NCBI GenBank assembly: GCA_033977065.1
Contig: JAXCHI010000002.1
Coordinates: 224,001-288,000 of the forward strand
Reading direction: 5' to 3'
Source of the DNA: Candidatus Algichlamydia australiensis
Lineage (GTDB): Bacteria; Chlamydiota; Chlamydiia; Chlamydiales; JAJFMI01
DNA length: 64,000 nucleotides
Part shown: piece by piece, positions 1-9,020 of the stretch
How positions within the stretch are numbered: position 1 is the first letter of the stretch
Layout: every line of letters starts with the position of its first letter
The notes under the pieces: model-generated
Database searches by the model: none
What the model was told of the DNA's origin: nothing
What the model saw: the letters and a program-made list of their open reading frames with translations, nothing else
Translations under genes and position numbers: made by a program

Positions 1-2
1 AC

Positions 3-611
3 AGCGCCGTAATTGAAGTGATTGGAGTAGGCATTCATAGCAGTTTCGCGATAGTAGTCATAATCTTGAAAAAATAGCTCCATCCGATCAAGCGGTTTAC
101 CGAGAAACACCAAAATTTCTTCAAAAACTCTTTGGGGTTCTTCTATAAGATCCTCGTAATAAACCAGCAATCGATTTTTTTTATTCCATGAGTCAAAAAC
201 TCTTAAATAATTCAAATAGTAATCAAGATTTTCTCTGTTGATTACATTGGGTTGAGCTGATTTATGGAATTTTTTTCGTGATACGAGGCTTTCCAATGGG
301 TTGCGTACAATTAGAATCAACTTATTCTGTGTTTTACGCTGCTTTTGGACATGAGAAGAACGGTGTGTTCGCACTAAAAAAGGGGGCTTACTCTCATCGA
401 TATCCAAACCAAAAGGGTTAGCAAAATTTGAGGAGTGATTACAGTTCTTCCCCCTTGCATAAAGAAAATCATTTGAAAAGGGCTCTAAGCAGAGGAATCC
501 CACGCCGTAAAGAAGCCAATGAGAACCTGATCTTGGCACAGAGAGCAAAATATTCTTACTAAACAGTCCCGCGTATGCAAAAAGAACGCAGCATAATAGT
601 AGCTTTTTCAT
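3..611 (-). CDS. Sulfotransferase-domain protein with N-terminal signal peptide (3' end runs off the window; absent from ORF track)
   Basis: Manual translation from ATG at 611: MKKLLLCCVLFAYAGLFSKNILLSVPRSGSHWLL...KLILIVRNPLESLVS...RLLVYYEDLIEEPQRVFEEILVFLG. Contains the PRSGS 5'-PSB loop, the RNP-x-x-S 3'-PB motif and YEDL, all typical of PAPS-dependent sulfotransferases. Confidence 0.75.
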   Translation of the reverse strand, partial: MKKLLLCCVLFAYAGLFSKNILLSVPRSGSHWLLYGVGFLCLEPFSNDFLYARGKNCNHSSNFANPFGLDIDESKPPFLVRTHRSSHVQKQRKTQNKLILIVRNPLESLVSRKKFHKSAQPNVINRENLDYYLNYLRVFDSWNKKNRLLVYYEDLIEEPQRVFEEILVFLGKPLDRMELFFQDYDYYRETAMNAYSNHFNYGA

Positions 612-703
612 AATTTTTCACAGTAGAAAAAGCTACTCCAAATTGCAAATAAATTTTTGTATTCTTTCTGAATCTTTCTTTGATCGAGCTTCAAAAGTGG
701 TTT

Positions 704-2593
704 TTACTGTTTGTAACAGGAGTTCCTTGCATGAGATCTAATTTTTTCAATAATTGCGTTTTTTGTATAACCAAAACGTTTTGCTAACTCATCTGGAGAA
801 CCTGATTCGCCAAAAGTCTCTATTGAAATCGCTAGCCCATTAGATCCAATGTATTTGTGCCATCCTTGATCGATTCCCGCCTCAATACTAATCTTAATTT
901 TTCCTTGCAAAAGGGAACGTTTGTACGATAAGGGTTGTTTTTCAAATAATTCCCATGAAGGCATTGAAACAACTCTAGTCTCTTCTCCTAATTCTTTTGC
1001 AATCTCCAGTGCAAGAGATACTTCGGAGCCTGTTGCGATAAGGAGGTGTTCAACTGAAGAGGATGATTCATGTTTTATAATGTAAGCTCCTCTTCCAAGC
1101 CCATCTGACAAGGAATGAGTAGAAAGAGCGGGGAGAGGTTGTCGTGATAAGATAATTGCACTGGGACCTTGATATCGTAGTGCTACGATCCAAGCCATTT
1201 TTACCTCGTGTGCATCTGCAGGTCGTATAACAATTAACCCCGGAATTGCACGTAGAGAAGCCAAATGTTCAATAGGTTGATGCGTGGGACCATCATGCCC
1301 TATGAAAATAGAATCATGAGTGAACTGATAAATGACTCTTAACTTCATAATGGCACTCATTCTAATGGCGCTTTTCATGTAATCGGTAAAGGCAAGAAAA
1401 GTTCCAATGAAAGGAATAATGGAGTCAGTTTTCGCCATGCCAGCTGCCATAGATGCCATAGCGAATTCTCTAACACCATATTTAATATTTCTTGCAGCAA
1501 AATGCGTGGATGTAACGAAATTTTCATCATCTAGATAAGTGCCATCAGAAGATGCTAAGTCTGCAGAGCCACCGTTTAACATGGGAAGGTGTTGTTTCAA
1601 CAGTTGAAGAATCTTATGAGAAGCCCATCTACCAGCCGTTGGAGAGGGAATCTCAAGTTGTTCTAAAAGTGCCTCTAAATTTTGAGGGATTTCTATTTTA
1701 CTAGAAGAGAAACCCTTTGCTTGACGATTTTGGAAATATGTGTAGATTTCTGGATTAACATGAAAAGGCGTTGTAGAAAGTCCTAATATTTTTTTTGTGA
1801 GAAAAGCCTCTTTTGTTCCTAGTGGGTTTCCATGTGCGAGCGGAGTTTTTGCCTTATTTGGGGATCCGTAACCAATTTGTGTATGAGCAACAATGATGGT
1901 GGGTCTCTTTTGAGATACTCTTAATGGGCTAATGACCTTACGAATTTGATCTATATCGTGACCATCGACTTCAAAGAAGTTCCAATTTTGTGATTGGAAA
2001 CGGAGAGAAATATTTTCAGAAAAGGTTTCACTCACATAACCATCAAGAGTAGTCTTATTACAGTCATAAACTAGAATTAGATTGTTGAGATTTAAGTGGC
2101 CAGCTAGAGAACAAGCTTCATAGGAGACTCCTTCCATGAGATCACCATCTCCAGCTAAAACAACAACTTTTGACTCTACCCCTATTTTTTTTAAAGCAAG
2201 GGCCTGTCCAACTGCGAAACTAATTCCTTGCCCATCTAAACCTGTTGTCGCTTCAACGCCATCAGTTTTTGTAATGTCGGGGTGACTTGGCGTATTCGAA
2301 TCAATCTGCCTATATTTTTTGAGATCACTAATGGAGATTGGGAAGCCAGCTAAATGCAGACAGCTATAAAGCCATAGGGATCCATGTCCTGCTGAAAGAA
2401 TCAAACGATCCCTTTCTGGCCAGCTAGGATGAGTAGAGTCAAAATTAAGAAATTCACCGAATAAGTAGGCTCCAATTTCGGCACATCCTAGGGGAAGACC
2501 AGGATGTCCAGAGCCTGCTTTTTCTACAGCATCAATTGTAAGAAGTCGAATCGCATCGGCAATCTTATGAAGAATTTGATTTTGGTTTTGCAT
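704..2593 (-). CDS. tkt: Transketolase
   Basis: SGHPG, RDRLILSAGHGS, GDG..EG...N ThDP motif, GVREFAM, THDSIFIGHDGPTHQP; 629 aa. Confidence 0.93.
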   Translation of the reverse strand: MQNQNQILHKIADAIRLLTIDAVEKAGSGHPGLPLGCAEIGAYLFGEFLNFDSTHPSWPERDRLILSAGHGSLWLYSCLHLAGFPISISDLKKYRQIDSNTPSHPDITKTDGVEATTGLDGQGISFAVGQALALKKIGVESKVVVLAGDGDLMEGVSYEACSLAGHLNLNNLILVYDCNKTTLDGYVSETFSENISLRFQSQNWNFFEVDGHDIDQIRKVISPLRVSQKRPTIIVAHTQIGYGSPNKAKTPLAHGNPLGTKEAFLTKKILGLSTTPFHVNPEIYTYFQNRQAKGFSSSKIEIPQNLEALLEQLEIPSPTAGRWASHKILQLLKQHLPMLNGGSADLASSDGTYLDDENFVTSTHFAARNIKYGVREFAMASMAAGMAKTDSIIPFIGTFLAFTDYMKSAIRMSAIMKLRVIYQFTHDSIFIGHDGPTHQPIEHLASLRAIPGLIVIRPADAHEVKMAWIVALRYQGPSAIILSRQPLPALSTHSLSDGLGRGAYIIKHESSSSVEHLLIATGSEVSLALEIAKELGEETRVVSMPSWELFEKQPLSYKRSLLQGKIKISIEAGIDQGWHKYIGSNGLAISIETFGESGSPDELAKRFGYTKNAIIEKIRSHARNSCYKQ

Positions 2594-2606
2594 TTTTTTT
2601 GTGATA

Positions 2607-3602
2607 TCACGTTATGTCTTTGGCGTTTCTGAATGCAATGTCTACAACACCATTAGCCTCAAACATATCTATGAACTCTTTATACATCTTAGAGCGGTCT
2701 TTATTTTCAGTTGGTCGAGTGAGCAATTCTTCAGAATAGACAGCAATATCTTCAATAATTCGCTCGCAGCGATAGTACGCAAGGAGAGCCAAATCTACAT
2801 CAGTCTGACCATACCCTTGATAAAACAACAACTCCTCATAAGGTTGATTCCAAATGTTTCCTACCCCTCCGCCAATAAACATCAAGTCTCGCTCTTTCGG
2901 TGCTAAGATTGCGTCATCCCAGTCAACAATATAAAAAGTATCTTGATCACTAATCAGGACATTCCCTCCGTGAATATCTGAGTGGCAAAGCACATATTTT
3001 AGAGAGGACTTGCAAACTTTCTGGCTGAACTTTTCAGCATTGTTGATTAGCTGTAGGATCGCAGGCTTATTCTCTTGGAGAAACGTCCACAAGCTTACAC
3101 TGATAGGATCATTTTTATACACAGATTTGGTTTTGTAGAGAGACTCTACAAAATTCCTCGATTTTGGAGAAAAAGATTCTCGGGGAATACCTTTTTGAAA
3201 AAGGGGAGGAAGGGGGATTTCATGTATTTGTTTCAATGTTTTTCCAAGAGAGATCCAATGATTGTCACTTAGAGAACGACTAAAGCCGTTTTGGCCTTGA
3301 ATAAAAGGGTAGACAATCAGAGTGAAGTCGCCTGTTTGTTGGGTCAATTTACCATCAATTGTTTTAACTGGTTGAATGAGGTGCTGAACTCCATTTTTAC
3401 GTAATAGCTCAAGAATTTCAGTGCTGCCATCATGAAAAGGGCCTCTTCTCACCTTAACAAAGTAAATTTTTTGATCAGTGGATTCGATCTTAAATAGGGA
3501 TGCATGTATATCAGCCCCTACAGGAATAAAAATCAGAGAAGATACTTCAATTTGATAAAAAGATTTCAAACAGCTGATAAAAAGATGAGTCGATTTTTTC
3601 AT
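2607..3602 (-). CDS. Aminoglycoside/aminocyclitol phosphotransferase, APH(9)-like (spectinomycin kinase type)
   Basis: Brenner motif LCHSDIHGGN, IVDWDD and APKERDLMFIGGGVGNIW closely resemble Legionella APH(9)-Ia as I recall it. ATG at 3602 (MKKSTHL) preferred as start. Confidence 0.8.
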   Translation of the reverse strand: MKKSTHLFISCLKSFYQIEVSSLIFIPVGADIHASLFKIESTDQKIYFVKVRRGPFHDGSTEILELLRKNGVQHLIQPVKTIDGKLTQQTGDFTLIVYPFIQGQNGFSRSLSDNHWISLGKTLKQIHEIPLPPLFQKGIPRESFSPKSRNFVESLYKTKSVYKNDPISVSLWTFLQENKPAILQLINNAEKFSQKVCKSSLKYVLCHSDIHGGNVLISDQDTFYIVDWDDAILAPKERDLMFIGGGVGNIWNQPYEELLFYQGYGQTDVDLALLAYYRCERIIEDIAVYSEELLTRPTENKDRSKMYKEFIDMFEANGVVDIAFRNAKDIT

Positions 3603-3640
3603 TACAAACCATATCAATAATTATAAAAAATACTACTTGC

Positions 3641-4468
3641 TTAATCTTCTTTTTGGGCGCTTAAAGAGCTAAGGGAGTGTTCAAAAATATCTTGAATGTG
3701 TAAAATTGTGGTATCAAAAATTGGAATTTGGAAATCTTCTTGTTTTACAAGTAATCCAAGCTCCGTGCATCCAAGTAAAATTGCTTCAGCGCCTTCGTTC
3801 CGAAGCGTATGTATTATTTCACTTATTTTTGATTTTGAGTAGGCTTCTATTTTTCCTAGGCAAAGTTCTTGATAGATGATCTCATCGATGATTTGAGAAT
3901 CCGATGGGTTTGGGGTCAGCACTTCTAAGCCAAAGTTCTCTTCTAAATTTGAGGAGTAAAACCCATCTTTCATAGTAAATTCAGTCCCAAGGAGTCCAAC
4001 TCTTTTTACTCCTCTGCTGCGCAGGGCTTTTCCTGCGCTCTCTGCTATATGAAGAAAAGGGACTGAAAGAGAGTCTGTAATCTGGGGAGCAACTTTGTGC
4101 AGCGTATTGCAGCTAAGAGCGATAAAGTCAGCTCCAGCTTCTTCAAGCGACCGAGCAGCAGTACCGAGCTGGATGCCTATCTCTTCCCAATTGTTTTCGA
4201 GCTCAAGAGAGATAATAGGATCATAATTAATGCTATATAATAGCAATTTAGCGGAGTTCAACCCACCTAATTGCTTACCAACTTTCTGGTTAATGAGCTG
4301 ATAATAGAGAGCTGTTGACTCCCAGCTAGCGCCTCCTATGAGACCGATTGTTTTTTGGGTAAAATGATTATGCATACTACTTTGTAGTTCAGGTGATGAA
4401 AATTCTTGCGTTTCAACAGCAAACATTTTCAAATTTAAGAAGATGATAAAATAAGCGAAAAACTTCAT
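3641..4468 (-). CDS. Asp/Glu racemase family (YgeA/RacX-like) with N-terminal hydrophobic extension
   Basis: KTIGLIGGASWESTALYY and two catalytic Cys motifs (SCNTLH, LGCTEL). ATGA overlap with the ada stop codon. Confidence 0.88.
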   Translation of the reverse strand: MKFFAYFIIFLNLKMFAVETQEFSSPELQSSMHNHFTQKTIGLIGGASWESTALYYQLINQKVGKQLGGLNSAKLLLYSINYDPIISLELENNWEEIGIQLGTAARSLEEAGADFIALSCNTLHKVAPQITDSLSVPFLHIAESAGKALRSRGVKRVGLLGTEFTMKDGFYSSNLEENFGLEVLTPNPSDSQIIDEIIYQELCLGKIEAYSKSKISEIIHTLRNEGAEAILLGCTELGLLVKQEDFQIPIFDTTILHIQDIFEHSLSSLSAQKED

Positions 4469-5499
4469 ATTTTTTTCTCGTGTTCAAGAAGCCATTTTTT
4501 TCGTGCTAAGCCCCCTCCATATCCTCCGAGTTGGCCATTAGTGTTAATGACCCGATGACAGGGAATAACAATAGCGATTTGATTTGCCCCATTTGCACTT
4601 CCAACTGCACGTACAGCTCGGGAGTTTCCCATTCTACAAGCAATCTCGGCATAAGAGAGAGTTTGTCCGGGAGGGATCTTTTTCAGCTCTGACCATACTC
4701 TCTTTTGAAAAGGAGTGCCAATCATTTTTATTGGCGTAAAAAATTTTTTTAGTTGGCCTTTGAAGTAGAGGTGCAATTCTTTTTCTATTGAATCGATAAT
4801 TTTTGTTCTTCCTGGAATAATTGGTGATTTTCGTAGTCTCTCAATTTCCCGTTCTAGTCCACGGCGATTCACAAACTCCAAAAGATATAAGGTCTGATCA
4901 TCTGCAATGGCAATCATGGGTCCGAGAGGAGTATCAATCCAGTCAGCTTTTAATACCTCTATCTCTTTTGATTTTGTTGGTGGGGCTCCCATAATTTTGG
5001 AAAAAGCGTCTCGAAATCCACTCCCTGAATTGTATCCCGAGTTGATTTGTGTATCAATCACACTTTTCTGCTCCTTTATCTGTTTCAGCGCCAGGCCTAG
5101 ACGACGAGCTCTAGCAAATGCTACAAAAGTCATTCCAAATCTCTTTTTGAAAAGCCGAGATGCTTGCGCGGCACTAATTGATAATTTGCGAAAATCTGAT
5201 TCCTTCCACTTTTTTTCCGGATTTTCTTCTACTGCCTCAACTAATTTTCTAACTACTTCTGGAACGGTTTCGGGATGAGATAGAGGGTGGCAGCGCTTGC
5301 AAGGGCGAAAGCCGGCTAGAAGAGCCTCTTCTGCTGATTTGTAAAACTCACAATTTTCGAGTTTTGGTTTCCGGGCAGGGCAAATCGACCTGCAAAAAAC
5401 TCCAGTGCTTTTTACACCGACATAAAAAACTCCATCAAATTCCGGATTTCGATCAATCAATGCTTTATAGTAAATTTTTTTTTGCTCAATAGATAACAT
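4465..5499 (-). CDS. ada: Bifunctional Ada (Zn domain + AraC HTH + O6-methylguanine-DNA methyltransferase)
   Basis: GVFCRSICPAR and FRPCKRCHP Zn ligands, HTH region, IPCHRV active site. Confidence 0.92.
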   Translation of the reverse strand: MLSIEQKKIYYKALIDRNPEFDGVFYVGVKSTGVFCRSICPARKPKLENCEFYKSAEEALLAGFRPCKRCHPLSHPETVPEVVRKLVEAVEENPEKKWKESDFRKLSISAAQASRLFKKRFGMTFVAFARARRLGLALKQIKEQKSVIDTQINSGYNSGSGFRDAFSKIMGAPPTKSKEIEVLKADWIDTPLGPMIAIADDQTLYLLEFVNRRGLEREIERLRKSPIIPGRTKIIDSIEKELHLYFKGQLKKFFTPIKMIGTPFQKRVWSELKKIPPGQTLSYAEIACRMGNSRAVRAVGSANGANQIAIVIPCHRVINTNGQLGGYGGGLARKKWLLEHEKKI

Positions 5500-5515
5500 T
5501 TTAAACCTCTCTAGG

Positions 5516-5674
5516 ATAGCGTCGTCAAAAGGCTATAATCAGATTGTTTTTCATGTTTGCAGCTTATTTTTGTGCGGAAATTGAAGCTGAATTTGTAAAT
5601 TCCGCTTCATTTGAGCACAAAAATGGAGCCCAAACATGAAAAATAAGATGGTTGTATGCTTTTGACGACGCTAT
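5516..5674. mobile_element. 159-bp palindromic MITE-like element, family A, copy 1
   Basis: TIR ATAGCGTCGTCAAAAG / CTTTTGACGACGCTAT; the whole element is an imperfect palindrome. An inverted copy at 20964-21122 differs at 2 positions by my comparison. Confidence 0.88.
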
Positions 5675-5678
5675 CTAA

Positions 5679-5783
5679 TACTCCCATGATAAGGGTTTTT
5701 GAAAAACCGACCGCCGAAATTTGAACATTAATTCTTCGATGTCGATATTTTTGGGGTCTTTTTTCAAATTTTCTATTAAAGTA
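5679..5783. repeat. 105-bp degenerate hairpin element with TACT...AGTA ends between CTAA and CCAG tetramers
   Basis: Ends resemble those of family C; internal pairing TTTGAAAAA/TTTTTCAAA and GACC/GGTC. Single copy in the window. Confidence 0.5.
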
Positions 5784-5787
5784 CCAG

Positions 5788-6085
5788 TACTCTTTAACAG
5801 AAAATTTTAGCATTATTTTTACGTCAAAGCTCTCGCATAAAATGGATCCCAAACGTGAAAAGTAAAGCGATTGTATGGAATTGAAGAAGCTGTCTAGACC
5901 TTGCAAAGTTTTCTACAAAACAAAAAAAACAGCCGCGCAAGCGACGTGAAAGAGGTCTCCTCCAGAAACGAAGTTGAGGGTGGGGAATGAATTTGTAAAC
6001 CTTCTCGTAGGGCAGCGGGGATTTGCCCAACTGTCTCTATTGGCTGTTTTTTAAATTAAACACTAAGATTTTCTGTTACAGAGTG
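5788..6085. mobile_element. 298-bp MITE, family C (short variant), IS701-like ends
   Basis: CCAG|TACTCTTTAACAGAAAAT ... ATTTTCTGTTACAGAGTG|CTAG. Inverted, longer homolog at 37990-38467. Confidence 0.85.
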
Positions 6086-6104
6086 CTAGTTATGATGTGC
6101 GGAT

Positions 6105-6680
6105 TTATGAGTTTTGAACGGCATCTTTTTTTATTTCTACAATGCGCAGGATGGCTGCCGTCAATTCTGGAAACGACTCTTTGTAATAATCTCCACCAAA
6201 ATGACCCTGGTCTGTAAACTCGTGGTATTCGCATGCAAGCATTTTATGAATATGTCTTGGGTGCTCAATCGGAACCCAGGGATCATCTTGAGAAGCAAAT
6301 AGAACGATTTTTTTCTGGTTTGCACGGATTTTTTTCCAATCCCAAGGGCTATCGAAATACCCGGACTTTTTCTCATTCTCCATTCCCAAATCTGTATGGT
6401 ATGCACCGATCAGTATTGATCCCCAAATTTGGTGGTTTTCGGCAAATTTCATTGCAGCAATAGCTCCTGATGAGTGTCCTACTAAAAGAGTGTCTTTATC
6501 GACTTTTAGCTCGTTGATCAAATGAGGAAACCAGTAGGATTCTCTTGCTAAAATAGGGTCAGGAAACTCCTTTGCAATAACTTGTATACCAGCATTTTCT
6601 AAATCTTTTTTAAGATTTGGAAACCAGTTATCAGCGGTTGTAGCTCCTCCGTTTCCCGGAACAAATACTACTTTTTTCAT
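6105..6680 (-). CDS. RBBP9/YdeN-family alpha/beta serine hydrolase
   Basis: VPGNGG oxyanion loop, GHSSG nucleophile, SQDDPWVP, GHF. Confidence 0.88.
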   Translation of the reverse strand: MKKVVFVPGNGGATTADNWFPNLKKDLENAGIQVIAKEFPDPILARESYWFPHLINELKVDKDTLLVGHSSGAIAAMKFAENHQIWGSILIGAYHTDLGMENEKKSGYFDSPWDWKKIRANQKKIVLFASQDDPWVPIEHPRHIHKMLACEYHEFTDQGHFGGDYYKESFPELTAAILRIVEIKKDAVQNS

Positions 6681-6772
6681 AAACCTACTCCTTTAGGAAA
6701 GAGGCTTAAATTTGCTTTTTTATGCTGTTCTTGTCAAGATTGTGGCATATTTTCCAACATTTGAGGAAGTTG

Positions 6773-7327
6773 ATGTACGCCAAACAAATTTATGAGTTAA
6801 TAGAGAGCATTTCTCCTCTTGATGAAATTGAAATAGCTCATAAAAAAGATGCTTTAGATTGGATTGAATCTGGTGTTGAACTCTGTCGAAAAGAAAAACC
6901 TGCAACACCTCCAAAGCACCTCGTCTCATATGCAATTTTGCTCGATTCAAAGAGACAAAAAATATTACTTGTGGACCACAAAAAAGCTCTGCTTTGGCTT
7001 CCTGTCGGAGGACATGTTGATCCGGGAGAGCATCCTACTGCTACTGCAAAGAGAGAATTGCAAGAGGAGCTCGGAGTGAGTTTGCAACTCTCAATTCAAA
7101 ATCCTCTTTTTTTAACGGTGACAGAGACAGTTGGTGTTACAGCTGGACACATTGATGTTTCGCTGTGGTACCTGTTTGAAGCAAATTCCGAAGATAGCTA
7201 CGTCTATGATGCAGGAGAATTTAATGAGATTCAGTGGTTTTCAATGAATGATCTTCCTGAAAGTAGAGTCGATCCTCATCTACGTAGATTTATGCAGAAA
7301 CTGCACTCCTGCTCCATTTTTTCTTAA
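6773..7327 (+). CDS. NUDIX hydrolase
   Basis: Nudix box GGHVDPGEHPTATAKRELQEELG. ATG at 6773 follows GAGGA. Confidence 0.88.
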   Translation: MYAKQIYELIESISPLDEIEIAHKKDALDWIESGVELCRKEKPATPPKHLVSYAILLDSKRQKILLVDHKKALLWLPVGGHVDPGEHPTATAKRELQEELGVSLQLSIQNPLFLTVTETVGVTAGHIDVSLWYLFEANSEDSYVYDAGEFNEIQWFSMNDLPESRVDPHLRRFMQKLHSCSIFS

Positions 7328-7332
7328 AAGTT

Positions 7333-8922
7333 TCAATATAGAGACCACTCCTCAGTTGCGATTTTCTCTATAAAAGTGGCGTCATGAGAAACCGCTAAAA
7401 TTGTGCCTTCAAAATGTAAAAGGGACGTTTCAAATGCCTCCAAGGTGAGAAGATCAAGATGGTTGGTAGGCTCATCCAGTAGGAGAATGTTGGGCCTTTC
7501 TAAAATAAGGGAAAGTAGCATAAACCGCTTTCTTTGACCCGGGCTCTGAGTAGAAAATGGACGGCTTAAAAGTTCCGCACCTCCAATAGCGGCCTTATGC
7601 AACTCGCTTCTGAGCTTTTCTTCAATTAAGTTGTATCTCTCTTCAAAATACCCAAGGGGGGTCTTTTTCAACGGAAGTGCATTTGCTTCTTGATCTAAGT
7701 AGGCGACTTTTGCAGTTGGGGCATATCGAACTTGACCACTGTCAAATGGCAGTAAACCCGCAATGCATTTAAGTAAGGTTGTTTTGCCGGAGCCGTTTGG
7801 CCCTGTTAAAAGGATTCGGCTTCCTTTGCTTAGTACTTTATTTACATCAGAAAATAGAGTTTTCTCACCAAAAGTTTTTGAGACTTCTTCCAACTCTATC
7901 GCAACACGAGAGGTGAGAGGTGTCTGCTCGAATCTTAACCCTTTGATGGTTTTTGGCTTTGGATGGGGGAGTGGATTTGCTTCAATTTCAGCTAGTTGTG
8001 CTTTTAAAAAATTGAGATTGCGTTGCAACGACTTTTGATGCTTTTCACCTCTCTTATCGTAGGCCATGAAATTGCGATCTTTTGGAGGACGAGCTTTTTT
8101 CTGGGAGAAGTTCGTCGCCTTAATTTTCTGTTTTAACAAAGTCTTCTCCTCTTCCTGTTTTTCAAAAGCTTTTATTTCTCTTTCTAGTGCGCGTTTTTTT
8201 TCTTCTAAGTAAAAGTCATAGTTTCCTCCAAAAGAATTGAGGTTGCCATCTTTAATTTCGATTAAGCGATTACAAATAGCATTTAAGAATTTCCTGTCGT
8301 GTGAAACAACGATTGTGGCTCCTACTCGATTTTTTAGCATTTTTTCAAGCCAATCTAACATTTCTCTGTCTAAGTGGTTCGTGGGCTCATCAAGCAGAAG
8401 AAGGTCGGGATTGTCAATGAGCGCTTTTGCAAGTAAAATGCGAGCTTTTTGTCCACCACTAAGAGAGGAGACGGGAAGGTTGTACAAAGAAGAATCCAAT
8501 TTCAATCCACCTAGAACTTTTTCAACAGGAAGACGTGAGTAGCCGCCAAGTTGTTCATAACGCTCATGGATTTCCGACCATTCGTCTAATCGATTAGGAT
8601 CATTTAAGCAAATGGCCATTTGCTCTTCCATCTCTGCAAAAATTCCCGTTTCGATAAAAGTTCTGGCTGTAACAAGAGATTCTGGAAAATCTGCCTCTTG
8701 AGGCATCAAGCCAACTCTTAAATGAGAAGCTTTACTTAACTTTCCCTTATCTGGAGCAATAACTCCTGATAACAATTTTAACAGTGTGCTTTTCCCTGTA
8801 CCATTCTCTCCAACAAGAGCAAAAATTTCCCCTTCATGAATAGATAGAGAAATTTCTTCAAATAAGGTGATTGAATCGAAATGTATAGATATATTTATGA
8901 GCTGAGCGAGAAGTTTACGCAT
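7333..8922 (-). CDS. ABC-F ATPase (candidate ribosome-protection/ARE type)
   Basis: Two NBDs (GENGTGKS, LSGGQ, LDEPTNHLD; GPNGSGKT, SPGQ, LDEPTNHLD), long inter-domain linker, no TM segments. Confidence 0.9.
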   Translation of the reverse strand: MRKLLAQLINISIHFDSITLFEEISLSIHEGEIFALVGENGTGKSTLLKLLSGVIAPDKGKLSKASHLRVGLMPQEADFPESLVTARTFIETGIFAEMEEQMAICLNDPNRLDEWSEIHERYEQLGGYSRLPVEKVLGGLKLDSSLYNLPVSSLSGGQKARILLAKALIDNPDLLLLDEPTNHLDREMLDWLEKMLKNRVGATIVVSHDRKFLNAICNRLIEIKDGNLNSFGGNYDFYLEEKKRALEREIKAFEKQEEEKTLLKQKIKATNFSQKKARPPKDRNFMAYDKRGEKHQKSLQRNLNFLKAQLAEIEANPLPHPKPKTIKGLRFEQTPLTSRVAIELEEVSKTFGEKTLFSDVNKVLSKGSRILLTGPNGSGKTTLLKCIAGLLPFDSGQVRYAPTAKVAYLDQEANALPLKKTPLGYFEERYNLIEEKLRSELHKAAIGGAELLSRPFSTQSPGQRKRFMLLSLILERPNILLLDEPTNHLDLLTLEAFETSLLHFEGTILAVSHDATFIEKIATEEWSLY

Positions 8923-8989
8923 AAGTTTGATCCTTGGTTTACTGCTTTTTTGATGAATTAAAAGAGGAGGGTCAAACTTATTTTTTCAT
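8921..8989 (-). promoter_or_regulatory. Putative translational attenuator: uORF MKK* (8989-8978) plus hairpin sequestering the ABC-F SD/start
   Basis: Minus strand ATG AAA AAA TAA. Arm ATAAGTTTGACCCT (8981-8968) pairs 13/14 with AGGATCAAACTTAT (8934-8921), which holds the SD and the first two bases of the ATG. Confidence 0.7.
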
Positions 8990-9020
8990 TTTTTTTTAGA
9001 CTCGCTATATATTTAGCCTC

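Noticed and set aside
5607..6217. Short ORFs in the repeat stack, and similar ones at 15416-15664, 24413-24892 and 37963-38386
   Set aside because: They lie in hairpin elements. Their mutual similarity reflects the repeats, and no transposase motifs are visible.
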